Shown here piece by piece: positions 48,586 to 58,818 of a stretch of 64,000 nucleotides of DNA. Made by a program: the position numbers and the translations under genes. Within the stretch, counting starts at the first letter, position 1. Each line of letters opens with the position of its first letter. The notes beneath the pieces were generated by a model. The model saw only the letters and a list, made by a program, of their open reading frames with translations. It was not told where the DNA came from and ran no database searches. The stretch lies in the NCBI GenBank assembly GCA_965140445.1, contig OZ223236.1:2176001-2240000 (forward strand), in the 5' to 3' direction. Source of the stretch: Candidatus Ozemobacteraceae bacterium (GTDB taxonomy: Bacteria; Muiribacteriota; Ozemobacteria; Ozemobacterales; Ozemobacteraceae).

Positions 48586-50025
48586 GTGTTATTTAATTCA
48601 ATTGATTTTGCCCTTTTCCTGCCAGTTGTGTTTGGCATCTACTGGCTTTTGGCGAAGGGGTCTTTAAAGAAGCAAAACCTATTTATAACAGCGGCAAGCT
48701 ACTTTTTTTATGGCTGCTGGGATTGGCGCTTTTTGTTTTTAATTTTTATCAGCACTGCTGTGGATTTTCTGGTCGGAGTTAAGCTCGAAAAGACATCTGA
48801 TAGCGTTTGCAGAAAGAGATACCTGTTGTTCAGTCTGACAACTAATCTGGGAATTCTAGGTTTTTTTAAGTATTTTAACTTTTTTGCAGACAACTTTAAC
48901 GCAGTGTTTTCCTTTTTGGGAGCAAGTTTCAGTGTTGATTCCCTACAGATAATTCTGCCGGTTGGAATTAGCTTTTATACTTTCCAGACCTTGAGCTACA
49001 CAATTGATGTTTATCGTAAAAAAATTACTCCCACCCACAGTTTTATTGAATTTGCGGCTTTTGTCAGCTTTTTTCCACAACTTGTGGCTGGGCCGATTGA
49101 AAGAGCTAAAAATCTATTACCCCAATTCTCGCAAAAAAGGGTGTTCTCCTACGATGGCTCTGTAAACGGTTTGCGGCAGATACTTTGGGGTTTATTCAAA
49201 AAGGTCGTTGTTGCAGATCGTTGTGCTGCTTTTGTAAACAGAGTATTTGAAAATCCATCCGATTATTCTGGCTCTGTTTTGCTGCTGGGGGCCGCATTTT
49301 TTGCTTTCCAGATTTATTGTGATTTTTCAGGTTATTCAGATATAGCCATCGGAACAGCTCGCTTATTTGGGTTTAATCTAAAGCGCAATTTTGCCTTTCC
49401 ATACTTCTCACGTGATATTGCAGAGTTCTGGAGGAGGTGGCACATTTCTTTATCCAGCTGGTTCCGGGATTATGTGTATATTCCGCTTGGCGGTAGCAAG
49501 GGCAATAATCTGCAGAAATTGCGGAATGTTCTGCTTGTTTTTACATTGAGTGGCTTCTGGCACGGAGCAAACTGGACTTTCATTGTCTGGGGAATCTACA
49601 ATGCGCTTTTGTTTCTGCCTCTGATTCTGGCGGGTAAAAACCGCGAAAACATTGACATTGCAGCTAAAGGCAGGCTTTTTCCCGGTCTGATAGAGCTGGG
49701 AAAAATAGCAATAACCTTTTTGCTCACTTCACTTGGTTGGGTCTTTTTCCGCTCTGATTCTTTGTCTCAGGCAATGGTTGTCTTCTCAAAGGTTTTTTCC
49801 AATTCTCTTTTTGAAATTCCGCGCATTGGAGCAGCAGAGGCTTCAACACTAAAATTTATTTTGTTCCTGATCATCGTGGAATGGATCGGTAGGGAAGGGG
49901 ACTACGCACTTTCAGGCCTGGGGCGCGTTCCTGTAGTTCTTCGCTGGGCATTTTATTACTTGATTATTTTCTTTCTCTTTGCCTATAACGGTGAAGAGCA
50001 GGTCTTTATCTATTTTCAATTCTAG
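48586..50025 (+). CDS. MBOAT family O-acyltransferase (AlgI/PatA-like)
   Basis: MLFNS, LPVGISFYTFQ, FFPQLVAGPIER, DFSGYSDIAIG, FWRRWHISLS, SGFWHGA, FIYFQF. Confidence 0.95.
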   Translation: MLFNSIDFALFLPVVFGIYWLLAKGSLKKQNLFITAASYFFYGCWDWRFLFLIFISTAVDFLVGVKLEKTSDSVCRKRYLLFSLTTNLGILGFFKYFNFFADNFNAVFSFLGASFSVDSLQIILPVGISFYTFQTLSYTIDVYRKKITPTHSFIEFAAFVSFFPQLVAGPIERAKNLLPQFSQKRVFSYDGSVNGLRQILWGLFKKVVVADRCAAFVNRVFENPSDYSGSVLLLGAAFFAFQIYCDFSGYSDIAIGTARLFGFNLKRNFAFPYFSRDIAEFWRRWHISLSSWFRDYVYIPLGGSKGNNLQKLRNVLLVFTLSGFWHGANWTFIVWGIYNALLFLPLILAGKNRENIDIAAKGRLFPGLIELGKIAITFLLTSLGWVFFRSDSLSQAMVVFSKVFSNSLFEIPRIGAAEASTLKFILFLIIVEWIGREGDYALSGLGRVPVVLRWAFYYLIIFFLFAYNGEEQVFIYFQF

Positions 50026-50032
50026 GGGAAAC

Positions 50033-50962
50033 ATGAAAAAGTTTATTTTGCGTCTGCTGTTATTTTCACTGCTCGCCTATGTGGGCGGTGAAATTGTGGT
50101 GCGCAATTACCAGCTGGTTCCCGATGTTCCAAGAAGGTTTGTTGGTGAACGTGGGATTCAGCGATATATTAATGGTCAGAGCGGATACTTCAAGAATTTT
50201 TCTAATAGATGGCAGGTTAACGATCTGGGATGGCTTGGAGTTGCTGACACCAGCAGGAAACAAACCATTTCTATCATTGGCGATTCATTCATTGAAAATA
50301 TGGCAAATCCAATCACCTCAAATCAGGGGTTCTTGTTACAGGAAGCTTTTAAAGACATAGGCTTCGTGGAGGCCGGGCGCTCGGGAGTGACCTTTATAGA
50401 AGCTCTCGAGATTTCCAGATTACTGGATAAACAGGCTTCCCCGTCGCGGCATTTGATCTATGTTTCCGATAATGATTTTTTTGAAAGCCTGGTTTCGATT
50501 AAACCCTATAAAGATCGTATGCAGCTTGATTTAAGCAATGGTCAGATTATTCAGGGTACCCTCAAAGCACCGGGGCTTAAAAAAATCCTGTATAACCTCA
50601 AGTTTCTGTATTATCTCTATCTTCGTTTTCCAATTTTCGTCAGTGCTCAGAATAAAGGAGTTTTGCCGGGCGCAAATGACGTTGAAAATACCGAAATTTC
50701 GCAAAAGCTTAAAAGCCTGTTAGAGTTTTCCCTCAAAAACTATGACTTCTCAAAGATTGTGCTGGTTTTTCATCCCGGCACCAGCAAAGCAATTATTGAC
50801 ATGGCAAAAGGGTACAGAATTAAATTTATTCAGCTCAAAGAGAAAGATGGCAAAAGCTGGAAGCAGGGTGAACGGGAAATCCACTGGTCCGTTTATGGCC
50901 ATCAGTGCGCAGCAGAACAGGTTGAGCAATGGATAAAAAAACATATGAGCGCTGGCGAATAA
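50033..50962 (+). CDS. SGNH-like periplasmic partner of the MBOAT (AlgJ/PatB-like)
   Basis: N-terminal anchor, IGDSF motif, C-terminal EIHWSVYGH; immediately follows the MBOAT gene. Confidence 0.7.
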   Translation: MKKFILRLLLFSLLAYVGGEIVVRNYQLVPDVPRRFVGERGIQRYINGQSGYFKNFSNRWQVNDLGWLGVADTSRKQTISIIGDSFIENMANPITSNQGFLLQEAFKDIGFVEAGRSGVTFIEALEISRLLDKQASPSRHLIYVSDNDFFESLVSIKPYKDRMQLDLSNGQIIQGTLKAPGLKKILYNLKFLYYLYLRFPIFVSAQNKGVLPGANDVENTEISQKLKSLLEFSLKNYDFSKIVLVFHPGTSKAIIDMAKGYRIKFIQLKEKDGKSWKQGEREIHWSVYGHQCAAEQVEQWIKKHMSAGE

Positions 50963-50978
50963 GTTTTAAAGCACTATT

Positions 50979-51647
50979 TTAGTCTTTGATTGCCTCATAA
51001 TAGATGTTTTTATGGGCCTCTTCAGCAAATAATTCCTTATTTAGAATCCGGAAACCGGCGTCGGTAATTTCTGCTTCGATTTCATCTGGAAGCCCAAAAT
51101 ACCTTGTAGCAATGCCGTTTACGATAGCAATTTTGCTGGATTCATCATATCCATTTACCAAACCAGGTAAAACCGGCCCGCACATCGTATCTATCAGAAG
51201 GTAACCACCAGGTTTTAAAACTCTTTTTGCTTCAGCAAGAAAGGTCTTTCTGTCTTCACCAATTATGCAGTGATAGCAGTGGCCATCGACAACCAGATCA
51301 AAGGTTTCGTCGGCAAAAGGAGACAGGTCGAGAACACTTCCTACATGAAAATCTGCATCAATGTTAGCTGTAGCTGCTTTTTTACGCGCCCAATCTATTG
51401 CTGTAGGAGAAATGTCTATTCCGCTAACTTCAAAACCAAACTTCTTGGCATACCACAAAGGCGTGTTGCCTGCTCCACATCCCATTTCAAGGAGTTTTCC
51501 ATGCCTTGGCGCGTTACCATTTGCAAAAATATGTGACAAAAAGGCTTCTCTTTCTCTATAAGCCTCTTCGGTTTGATCCCAGCCAATTGTATCGTCCTGT
51601 AATCTCTTCTGGTAAACCTGGTCGTGTCCTTCATAAAACGTTTTCAT
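50979..51647 (-). CDS. Class I SAM-dependent methyltransferase
   Basis: LEMGCGAG, GIDISP, FDLVVD, RVLKPGG. Confidence 0.92.
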   Translation of the reverse strand: MKTFYEGHDQVYQKRLQDDTIGWDQTEEAYREREAFLSHIFANGNAPRHGKLLEMGCGAGNTPLWYAKKFGFEVSGIDISPTAIDWARKKAATANIDADFHVGSVLDLSPFADETFDLVVDGHCYHCIIGEDRKTFLAEAKRVLKPGGYLLIDTMCGPVLPGLVNGYDESSKIAIVNGIATRYFGLPDEIEAEITDAGFRILNKELFAEEAHKNIYYEAIKD

Positions 51648-51685
51648 AATATTTCCTTGTATCAGGTATTGTTAGGGGTTGAATT

Positions 51686-52876
51686 TCAAAACTTTAAAAG
51701 TAATTCAACAAACTCTTGAAAATTGGTAGTTTCGTTTGCAGAAGTGTAGTGTATCAGTCTCACTCCAACAATTTTCTTCTCAGGAATGATCACAAGATAT
51801 TGGCCAAGATGACCTTCGGCGACATAAGCCTTTGTTGGCCCAGGTTCTAATTGTCCATCAGGAAGGTTTTTTAATTTTGCTTCATTAAAAAACTTTTGAA
51901 CTTCAGCTAAATCGGGAAATAATTCGGAAAATTTTTCATGCAGATTTTTCCTGGAAAATTTTTGGTTTCTGATCTTTTCCAGTTGTTTGATAACATTGAT
52001 CGGAAGCTCTGCTGCTTTGTATTTCTCAATAAGCTCATCACCAAAAAAGATTTTTATTTTTTTCGGGTCAGATTTTAACCACCAAAGGTATCCGCAACCT
52101 TTTTCTAAATTCTGAGAAGGCGTAAGCATTTGATTTAACCAGTTTTGACTTATTATTTGTTCGCCATTCCAGATGCCATTTTGCAAGATTAGCTGACCAA
52201 TCTTGGCAAATGCCTTTGGACGCATATATAAACCACTCATTCCATAAGGATTTCCGGCTTTGTCTAAGGTCCAATTCCATTCTGATTCTTTAATTCCAAG
52301 TTTCGTAAAAAGTCTGGAATTCAAAAACTTATCCATTCTCATTCCAGTAGCTTTTAAAATGATTCCGGGCAGAATGTTTGTAGCATTATTGTTATAAAAA
52401 AAACTGTGCTCAGGTTTATTACTAAGTTTTGAGTTCAGAGCAAATTTTACAAAGTCGGAATTCACATATAATTTTTTGGTGGTCCGATCTGCTTCCAGGC
52501 CAGAAGTATGGTTCAACAGATGTTTAACTTGAATTTTTTTCTTATCACCCTCTGCCCACTCAGGAAAATAAGTAAAAACAGGTTCATTTACATTTTTAAT
52601 ATAACCCGCATCAATTGCTAAGCCTATAGCGATTGCAACAACTGATTTAGAGCATGACATGGTCAATATGGGATCTTTAAAGCGATTAGATGTGTAACTG
52701 AAAATTTCTTTCCCATTTTGTTGGATAAAAACTTCGTCGGAGTTGCTTGATTTGGATAAATCTTTGAGCTTGTTTATTTTTTCCTCAAAAGGAGTCGCAG
52801 CAAAGAGATTAAAATAACCAATAATTGAAATTAGACAGAGTGCAACTCTTATAGCAGGTCTGAATCTTTTTATCAT
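51686..52876 (-). CDS. Serine hydrolase, beta-lactamase class C/AmpC-related family
   Basis: Signal peptide; SCSK (SxxK), LLNHTSGL, YNN, AKIGQLILQNG.W, GYLWW, AEGHLGQ. Confidence 0.85.
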   Translation of the reverse strand: MIKRFRPAIRVALCLISIIGYFNLFAATPFEEKINKLKDLSKSSNSDEVFIQQNGKEIFSYTSNRFKDPILTMSCSKSVVAIAIGLAIDAGYIKNVNEPVFTYFPEWAEGDKKKIQVKHLLNHTSGLEADRTTKKLYVNSDFVKFALNSKLSNKPEHSFFYNNNATNILPGIILKATGMRMDKFLNSRLFTKLGIKESEWNWTLDKAGNPYGMSGLYMRPKAFAKIGQLILQNGIWNGEQIISQNWLNQMLTPSQNLEKGCGYLWWLKSDPKKIKIFFGDELIEKYKAAELPINVIKQLEKIRNQKFSRKNLHEKFSELFPDLAEVQKFFNEAKLKNLPDGQLEPGPTKAYVAEGHLGQYLVIIPEKKIVGVRLIHYTSANETTNFQEFVELLLKF

Positions 52877-53074
52877 TTTTAACCCTCTGTAGGTTTTACT
52901 ATGGTTTGATCTTACTAAGAAATCGAAAGAGCCGCAAACCTGATAGAATTGTTAATTTTGTATTTCTACTCGCTTTGGGATTGTGAAAATTTGTTCATTG
53001 TAATGGCAGATTTGCGTAAAATTTCGTATAATCAGAAATATTAATAGAGTACCGCATATCTCAGGGGGTAGAAG

Positions 53075-55675
53075 GTGAAAAACCGACTTTTCAGACAAAT
53101 ACTGCATTTTGTTTTAATAATTTCCTTTATGGGAGCCTGTCCAGGCATTTCTGACGGGCTAAAACTATGGGCTCAAAGTGAAACCGAGGCAGCCAGTTCT
53201 GTAAATTCTGGCGCAGCTGTTTCGGTTGAATCACTTACAGCTACTCCAAGTGCAGCTATTAGCGGGAATGGCGATAACCCCTTTGCGGTCAATTCTACCG
53301 GTAACGAAGAAGCGGTAATTGACGTAGCAAGCGCTTCCATGGAAGTAAAACCTGCAGAGGCAAAAGTTACCAAAAAAATGAGTCGGGCAGAGCAACTCGC
53401 CTGGACTATTGGTAAAGCTTTGCTTCCGACTCTTGCTGTAATGGCATTTGGTGCCGCCATTGCATGTCCACTTGTGTGGGTAGTTGTCGGATCAGTAATT
53501 ATCGGTGCTGCTACAGCTGGTATAACGACTTTCGCCTATGAAAGCAGAATGAATCAGTTTAGAGATGAAGGCAAAAAGAAATCCCAGGATAAAATTTTGC
53601 GGGACGTGTCCATTGCCGCAGCAGTAGAAGGCGCAATGGCTCCATTCTCATTATTATCGGCTGGCTTTGTTAAGGCTATTGGACCTGTAACGATAAAGTC
53701 TATTGTTACAGCAGCAGCAAAGACCGGTGCAACCCAGTTTATTGGCGGAACCATTTCCAACGTAGTTAAGGGCTCTGTTACCAACCTGTGGTATGACCAT
53801 TACTATAATTACGATGACGAAGAAGAGAAGCTAAAGGCCGAGTTAGACGTTATTAATAACAAGGCTAATCCAACTGAAGATGAAAAGTTTCGCGCAGTTG
53901 AAATAATGCAACGCATGGACGTTCTCCAAAAAGAAAAGTATACGATGCAGAATTTTGTTAACGATGAGAAAAAGACAGCGGTTACTGCTGCTATTAGCGG
54001 TGTTCTGGGTGGAGCAGCTACTCAAATTGCTGGAAATCAGAACTGGGCCAAGATTGCTTCAGATAAGCTTTTCAAATCTCCAAAAAATGCAGGTTTGGTA
54101 GCTAAAGCAGTTGTTAGTAACCCATTTGCTTTTATGTCTGGAGCAGCTAATGCGGGTCTCCAGAAAAGAGAAATGGATGCTGAGATAGCAAGATGTAAGA
54201 AGCTTCAGGAAAGCTATCCAGAAGGTTCACCAGCTAATTCCTATTATGGTGATAAGATCAAAGGCCTTCAGGATGCAAAAGCCAAGATCAGTGCAATGCA
54301 ATCCGGTACAGATGCAATGATAAACAATATGGCAGTTCAATCAGCCGGTTTAACCGTTGCTGTGGCTCGCGCCCGACTTTGGGACCTTCCACATGCTCGC
54401 AGGGCAGAAATAGATAAAAAGATTAAAGAAAATAGCCCTGAATGGCAGCAAGCTGAAAAAATTAAGGCCAGCGCAGATGCCCTGAGAGCTACTCCGCCAA
54501 AACGAGAAAATTACAGCTCAAGAGCTGATTATTACAAAGCTGTAGCTGCCCACAAACAACAAATTTCAAAATTGGATACTGAATATAAAGCTGCAAAAGT
54601 TGTAGCTGTTGATTCTGACAGCTCTCTTGCAGGGAAAGCTTTAAAAGCGCAGGTTACCGAAGAAGTGGATGCCAATATCGATCTCCAGAGAAAAATTGAT
54701 CTGGCTAAATCCATGGGTGACGAAGCTTATCTTAAGTTCAAAATGGATGAGATTAAGAAAAAAGCCCTGGCTAATGATCAGGAAATAGATGACGACGATA
54801 TCAGAAGACAAGCGGTGGATGAGTTTAAGGCTGAATACGATAAGGCGGCAAAAAAGAGCGCTGAGAGTCTGGCCAAAATGGAAGAAAAGCTTACTTTGCG
54901 CAAGGATCTAAAAGATGTTAAAGGCAAGATCGTTACCGATGAAGAAGGCAAAAAATTCGTAGTATTGGAAGATGCAAACGGCGTTGAAAAATATCGCAGA
55001 GCAGTAACTGAACCAAAAGTTACCTGGTATAACAAGTTTTTCCAGAAAGATCCCGCTCAGAGGGAACTAAAAGACATTGAAGCTGCTTTTAGAATCGCCA
55101 ATGCCGGTGGCGCAATGGTTAAGCCTTCTGATTATCGAAAATCATACGTTGATATGAAGGTTAATGAGCTTAAGGCGCAGGGCTTAACCCATGAACAGGT
55201 AAATTTACAAATGGCGGGAATTGTTGATGAAGCTAACTCTGCCATGATGGGCACCTTTGGTGGGAACTGGGCGTCTGTTGCACAAGCAGAAATGCTTTCA
55301 GCTGGTTTGACCAAGGCTAAATACAATAACGGTGAACCACCTGATCTTCAGGCTATTTACAATGCTTTCCAGACAACCGCCCAGGCAAAAATCATTGCTG
55401 AATTCCAGAAAGAGCTTTCTAACCAGGCGAAAGCTTATACCTTAACTCCTCTTAAAAACACATTAACTGGCGGAAAAAGTGACACTGCAGGAAATAAATT
55501 TATAAATACCGCCCTTGATACTGCATTTAAAGATGGAATTGCTAAAACCACTGATGCTCAGGTAAAGTCGCTTTATCAGAAGGTTGAAGGGAATGCCACC
55601 TCTGTAGTTAAAGAAATAGCAACTGAAGCCACATACAATTATGGCGCAAATGCTTCTGGAACTGCCGATCAGTAG
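53075..55675 (+). CDS. Large exported/membrane Ala-Lys-rich helical hypothetical protein
   Basis: 866-aa ORF with a signal-like N-terminus, a hydrophobic hairpin near residues 115-150 and coiled-coil-like segments. Confidence 0.75.
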   Translation: MKNRLFRQILHFVLIISFMGACPGISDGLKLWAQSETEAASSVNSGAAVSVESLTATPSAAISGNGDNPFAVNSTGNEEAVIDVASASMEVKPAEAKVTKKMSRAEQLAWTIGKALLPTLAVMAFGAAIACPLVWVVVGSVIIGAATAGITTFAYESRMNQFRDEGKKKSQDKILRDVSIAAAVEGAMAPFSLLSAGFVKAIGPVTIKSIVTAAAKTGATQFIGGTISNVVKGSVTNLWYDHYYNYDDEEEKLKAELDVINNKANPTEDEKFRAVEIMQRMDVLQKEKYTMQNFVNDEKKTAVTAAISGVLGGAATQIAGNQNWAKIASDKLFKSPKNAGLVAKAVVSNPFAFMSGAANAGLQKREMDAEIARCKKLQESYPEGSPANSYYGDKIKGLQDAKAKISAMQSGTDAMINNMAVQSAGLTVAVARARLWDLPHARRAEIDKKIKENSPEWQQAEKIKASADALRATPPKRENYSSRADYYKAVAAHKQQISKLDTEYKAAKVVAVDSDSSLAGKALKAQVTEEVDANIDLQRKIDLAKSMGDEAYLKFKMDEIKKKALANDQEIDDDDIRRQAVDEFKAEYDKAAKKSAESLAKMEEKLTLRKDLKDVKGKIVTDEEGKKFVVLEDANGVEKYRRAVTEPKVTWYNKFFQKDPAQRELKDIEAAFRIANAGGAMVKPSDYRKSYVDMKVNELKAQGLTHEQVNLQMAGIVDEANSAMMGTFGGNWASVAQAEMLSAGLTKAKYNNGEPPDLQAIYNAFQTTAQAKIIAEFQKELSNQAKAYTLTPLKNTLTGGKSDTAGNKFINTALDTAFKDGIAKTTDAQVKSLYQKVEGNATSVVKEIATEATYNYGANASGTADQ

Positions 55676-55699
55676 TAATCTGTTAAAACTAGTATAAAG

Positions 55700-55734
55700 A
55701 AAGCCCGTTTTTCATTTTTTGAAGAGCGGGCTTT
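55700..55734. terminator. Terminator between convergent genes
   Basis: aaagcccg...cgggcttt stem. Confidence 0.6.
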
Positions 55735-55735
55735 G

Positions 55736-56266
55736 CTAGTTTTCAATAGCAAAGTTTGATTCATCTTCTTTTGAAAAATCTCGCCCAAACTGGGCCATTT
55801 GAGATTCAAAATCTCCAACTTTTGAAGGATTTTTCTGCATCATTTCTAACATTGATTTGAAAAGTTCCTGAAACTTTGGCGGGCAATCCTTTGTGTCTAT
55901 GTCTTTGCTGTTTTCATAGGCAAAGTCATAAAATGATTTATTGAAGGTTCCCTTGGAAAATTGCTCCTTAATACCAATATAGGCAAGCTTGATCATCCAT
56001 GTGTCTACGAGATATCTGGAAGACGCCAGGTCGATTTCATGGAGGACTTTTTTCATTGCAAGAATATTTATCTCTTTTTCAATCTTTTGCTTTTTGGCCT
56101 CTGGAAGCTTTGCTACTTTTTTATGCATTTGGCTGATCTTAGTCTTAAAATCAGCTATTTTTGCCTGATTTTCAGCTATGTCCGCCCCAATATTCTTATT
56201 AATCATGTAACGTGAAAAAGTTAGAAATATCAAAATACTAACTAAAGTCTGAATCAGTTTTCTCAT
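55736..56266 (-). CDS. Hypothetical membrane-anchored protein
   Basis: 176 aa, N-terminal TM followed by a coiled coil; GAGG RBS. Confidence 0.6.
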   Translation of the reverse strand: MRKLIQTLVSILIFLTFSRYMINKNIGADIAENQAKIADFKTKISQMHKKVAKLPEAKKQKIEKEINILAMKKVLHEIDLASSRYLVDTWMIKLAYIGIKEQFSKGTFNKSFYDFAYENSKDIDTKDCPPKFQELFKSMLEMMQKNPSKVGDFESQMAQFGRDFSKEDESNFAIEN

Positions 56267-56287
56267 AAATACCTCAGCAACTATTGA

Positions 56288-58663
56288 TTATTGAAAAACT
56301 ACGTCAACGCTCTCCAGGGCAGCCAGATTTCGAAATTCTACCTGAAACCTTTCTCTAAATTGGTTAAATAAACCAACCAGCTGTTGAGCATCAGGCTGAA
56401 AGCCAAATAGAAAGCCAAGCTGCTGCTTTTCAAACTCTATTAGTCGTGCCGGATCATCAGCCCAGAGAAGTGAGCCATAAAAAGCATAAGTTATTCTTGT
56501 AGAAATGTTAGCAGGATTTATTTCTACCGCTTTTTCAAGATGCTTTATTGCTTCAGCCATCTTTTCTTCTTTTCCCAACCCATCGCATTCTGTGCGATTC
56601 ACCATTGCCAGACCAACATACCCTTCTGGAAATGAAGGCCATTTACTAATCATGGATTCAAAGTCTTTTGCAGCATCATTAAGAAGAGCTGCAGCTTCGT
56701 TTTCCTCGCCGGATTTAATATGTGCTTTGGCAAGATGCATTCGAGTCAGGCCCCTTGTTCTAACTGCTTCAGCAATGCCTTTTTGAGAATTTACAAGATT
56801 GTCTAATTCCGAAATTTCCGGGAAAGCTCCCTGATTTAACATGAAATTCAATCTGTCCAGCTCTCCGGTTAAATCAATCCCACTATCAACAGAAGTGAAA
56901 AACAAAGTGGAGCATGACGGAAAGCTTAAAAGAGCTATGCCATATTTGTCGTCGGCTTTTTGCAGGGCGGATGAAATGCGGGTTTTAAGGGATGATTCAT
57001 CAGTGCCTGCGGGGAAAGAAGCAAACATTTCGCTCACAATAGATCGATTATTAACAATCATGTGACTTTGTTGTGTGTGGTTCCAGCTAAGGCTGATAGT
57101 TCCGCCCTTATATTGCTTTCGGTACTCATCCCGATTTAAATCGCTGACCAGATGAATGAAAACCGGATATTCAAATTCTTCTGAATTTTCCAGGAGTGAA
57201 AGCCATGCTCCTGGCTTATCTAGAGTGTTTTGAGAGTCTTCTGTAATCTTTGCTCCAGATGGATCGCTTTTTATAGCTTTTTTTAGTTTCATGGAATTGA
57301 TCCACGATGCTTTGAGGTCTTCCGGAATGTATGATTCTGAGGTGCTTTGAGCAAATTCGTTTTGCTCTTTCGGCATATTTACAACTTCCTGGAATATCTT
57401 CATAACGACTTCTCTGTCAACGGAAAGAGCGTTTGCAGTGGTTGCAAGAAGGGCTTTCTCGTCATCTTCCAAAATTCCGTCAGCCATGGCTATTTTTACT
57501 ATGCTTTTAAAGAAAACGCAGGGATCAAAGTCTCTGTCTGTGCTCTTTGGTAATTGTGTAACCTTATTAAAAATTCGCTGATAACTATCATTGGAAATCT
57601 CAAGATAATTTCTCATGTTGCGAATAACCTCTTCTTCAGAGGATGATAAGACTCCATCGCCGGCAATTTCTTTTAAAAGTTCGGTATATACCCACTCAAC
57701 ATTCAAAACAATTTCAGAAGAGTTGGCGGTGCCATCATCAGCTTCTCCACGGCTATAGGCTTCCATTAGAGCATTTCCCCAGCCTTGTGGTAGCTCATTT
57801 TGGCAATCAGAAAGTAGATTTTTTACCAGATCTATTTTCTCTGACTTTGAGGCACCATAAAACAAAAAAGTTTTGTCCCCAAAGTCGCAAAGGCGCCTGA
57901 ACCAGGTAATAATTTCTGGCAACGCCATAAACTCGCCTGAGATATATGGAGCGCGTTTAAAGAATGATAGAGTAAATCTCAACCTTTGTAGAAAAAGTGT
58001 GGTTCTTCTTGTATGCAGATAGCCGGTTAAATCCGCAATACAATCCTGTGCAAGACGCTTTACATCAAATCCCTCAACTGCAGAAATCATTCCTTTACTG
58101 TCAATACTGGTTTTAGCTTCTTTTTTTAGAAAGTCACTAAAGAGAGAGCTTTCCACAAAGTCGTTCAGCTTAAAATAATACAAGTAAGCGGTGAAATTCA
58201 TATTGGCAAAAAAGCCGTGGTTACCAGTAGTTGTAAAAAATCGAACTCCATTGAAAAAAATGTTAACAAAACCAACTGAGGGAATATGATTTTTTTTCTT
58301 GCAAGCCCTTATAAATAAGTCAGCAAAGACCAAAAGGTGGTTGTGAATTTCCAGAAGTTGTTCAGGATAAATCTCTGGTCTTATTCGAAGCTGATTTTGA
58401 AAAATCAAATGAGTTAAAAGTAGATCAACCGATTCAAGGTTTTTTGGAGAAAAAGTTTCAAGAATTCTTTTGTCTTCAAGATTCATTACAAACCCGTCGA
58501 GAACAAAATCTATTCCATCCTGCCATCCTCTTACCGCTTCCTGAAACGCAACTTGATGTTGCACTGGGATTCCGCTCAATGCATCGTTGAAGCTAAAGGG
58601 TTTTTCTTCTCTCACTTTATTCCCCCAAAAATAGTTTAAATTGCTAAAAGCATTATAAACCAT
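56288..58663 (-). CDS. Protein with tandem TerB-like domains and C-terminal TPRs
   Basis: IAGDGVLSSSEE and AMADGILEDDEK TerB-like motifs; AIKHLEKAVEINP TPR. The true start may be the GTG at 58615. Confidence 0.7.
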   Translation of the reverse strand: MVYNAFSNLNYFWGNKVREEKPFSFNDALSGIPVQHQVAFQEAVRGWQDGIDFVLDGFVMNLEDKRILETFSPKNLESVDLLLTHLIFQNQLRIRPEIYPEQLLEIHNHLLVFADLFIRACKKKNHIPSVGFVNIFFNGVRFFTTTGNHGFFANMNFTAYLYYFKLNDFVESSLFSDFLKKEAKTSIDSKGMISAVEGFDVKRLAQDCIADLTGYLHTRRTTLFLQRLRFTLSFFKRAPYISGEFMALPEIITWFRRLCDFGDKTFLFYGASKSEKIDLVKNLLSDCQNELPQGWGNALMEAYSRGEADDGTANSSEIVLNVEWVYTELLKEIAGDGVLSSSEEEVIRNMRNYLEISNDSYQRIFNKVTQLPKSTDRDFDPCVFFKSIVKIAMADGILEDDEKALLATTANALSVDREVVMKIFQEVVNMPKEQNEFAQSTSESYIPEDLKASWINSMKLKKAIKSDPSGAKITEDSQNTLDKPGAWLSLLENSEEFEYPVFIHLVSDLNRDEYRKQYKGGTISLSWNHTQQSHMIVNNRSIVSEMFASFPAGTDESSLKTRISSALQKADDKYGIALLSFPSCSTLFFTSVDSGIDLTGELDRLNFMLNQGAFPEISELDNLVNSQKGIAEAVRTRGLTRMHLAKAHIKSGEENEAAALLNDAAKDFESMISKWPSFPEGYVGLAMVNRTECDGLGKEEKMAEAIKHLEKAVEINPANISTRITYAFYGSLLWADDPARLIEFEKQQLGFLFGFQPDAQQLVGLFNQFRERFQVEFRNLAALESVDVVFQ

Positions 58664-58818
58664 GAATGAATAAGAGATAAGTTCTTTTGTTGGAATAGCT
58701 TATCCAGAAAGCTGTGAAGTAGTTTTCTGGGAAAAATTGGACGAGCCATTTTCGTCGTTTTTTCATCTATTTATTTTTATTTTTGATACTTAAACCTGAG
58801 TTATGAGAAAGTATAAAA

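Noticed and set aside
51655..51685. CCCTAAC just after the serine hydrolase stop codon as an attC left end
   Set aside because: The intergenic gap is only about 38 bp and has no matching GTTAGGG arm.
51686..52876. Calling this gene a true AmpC resistance gene
   Set aside because: It has SxxK and YxN but lacks KTG (AEG instead); such family members are often esterases or peptidases.
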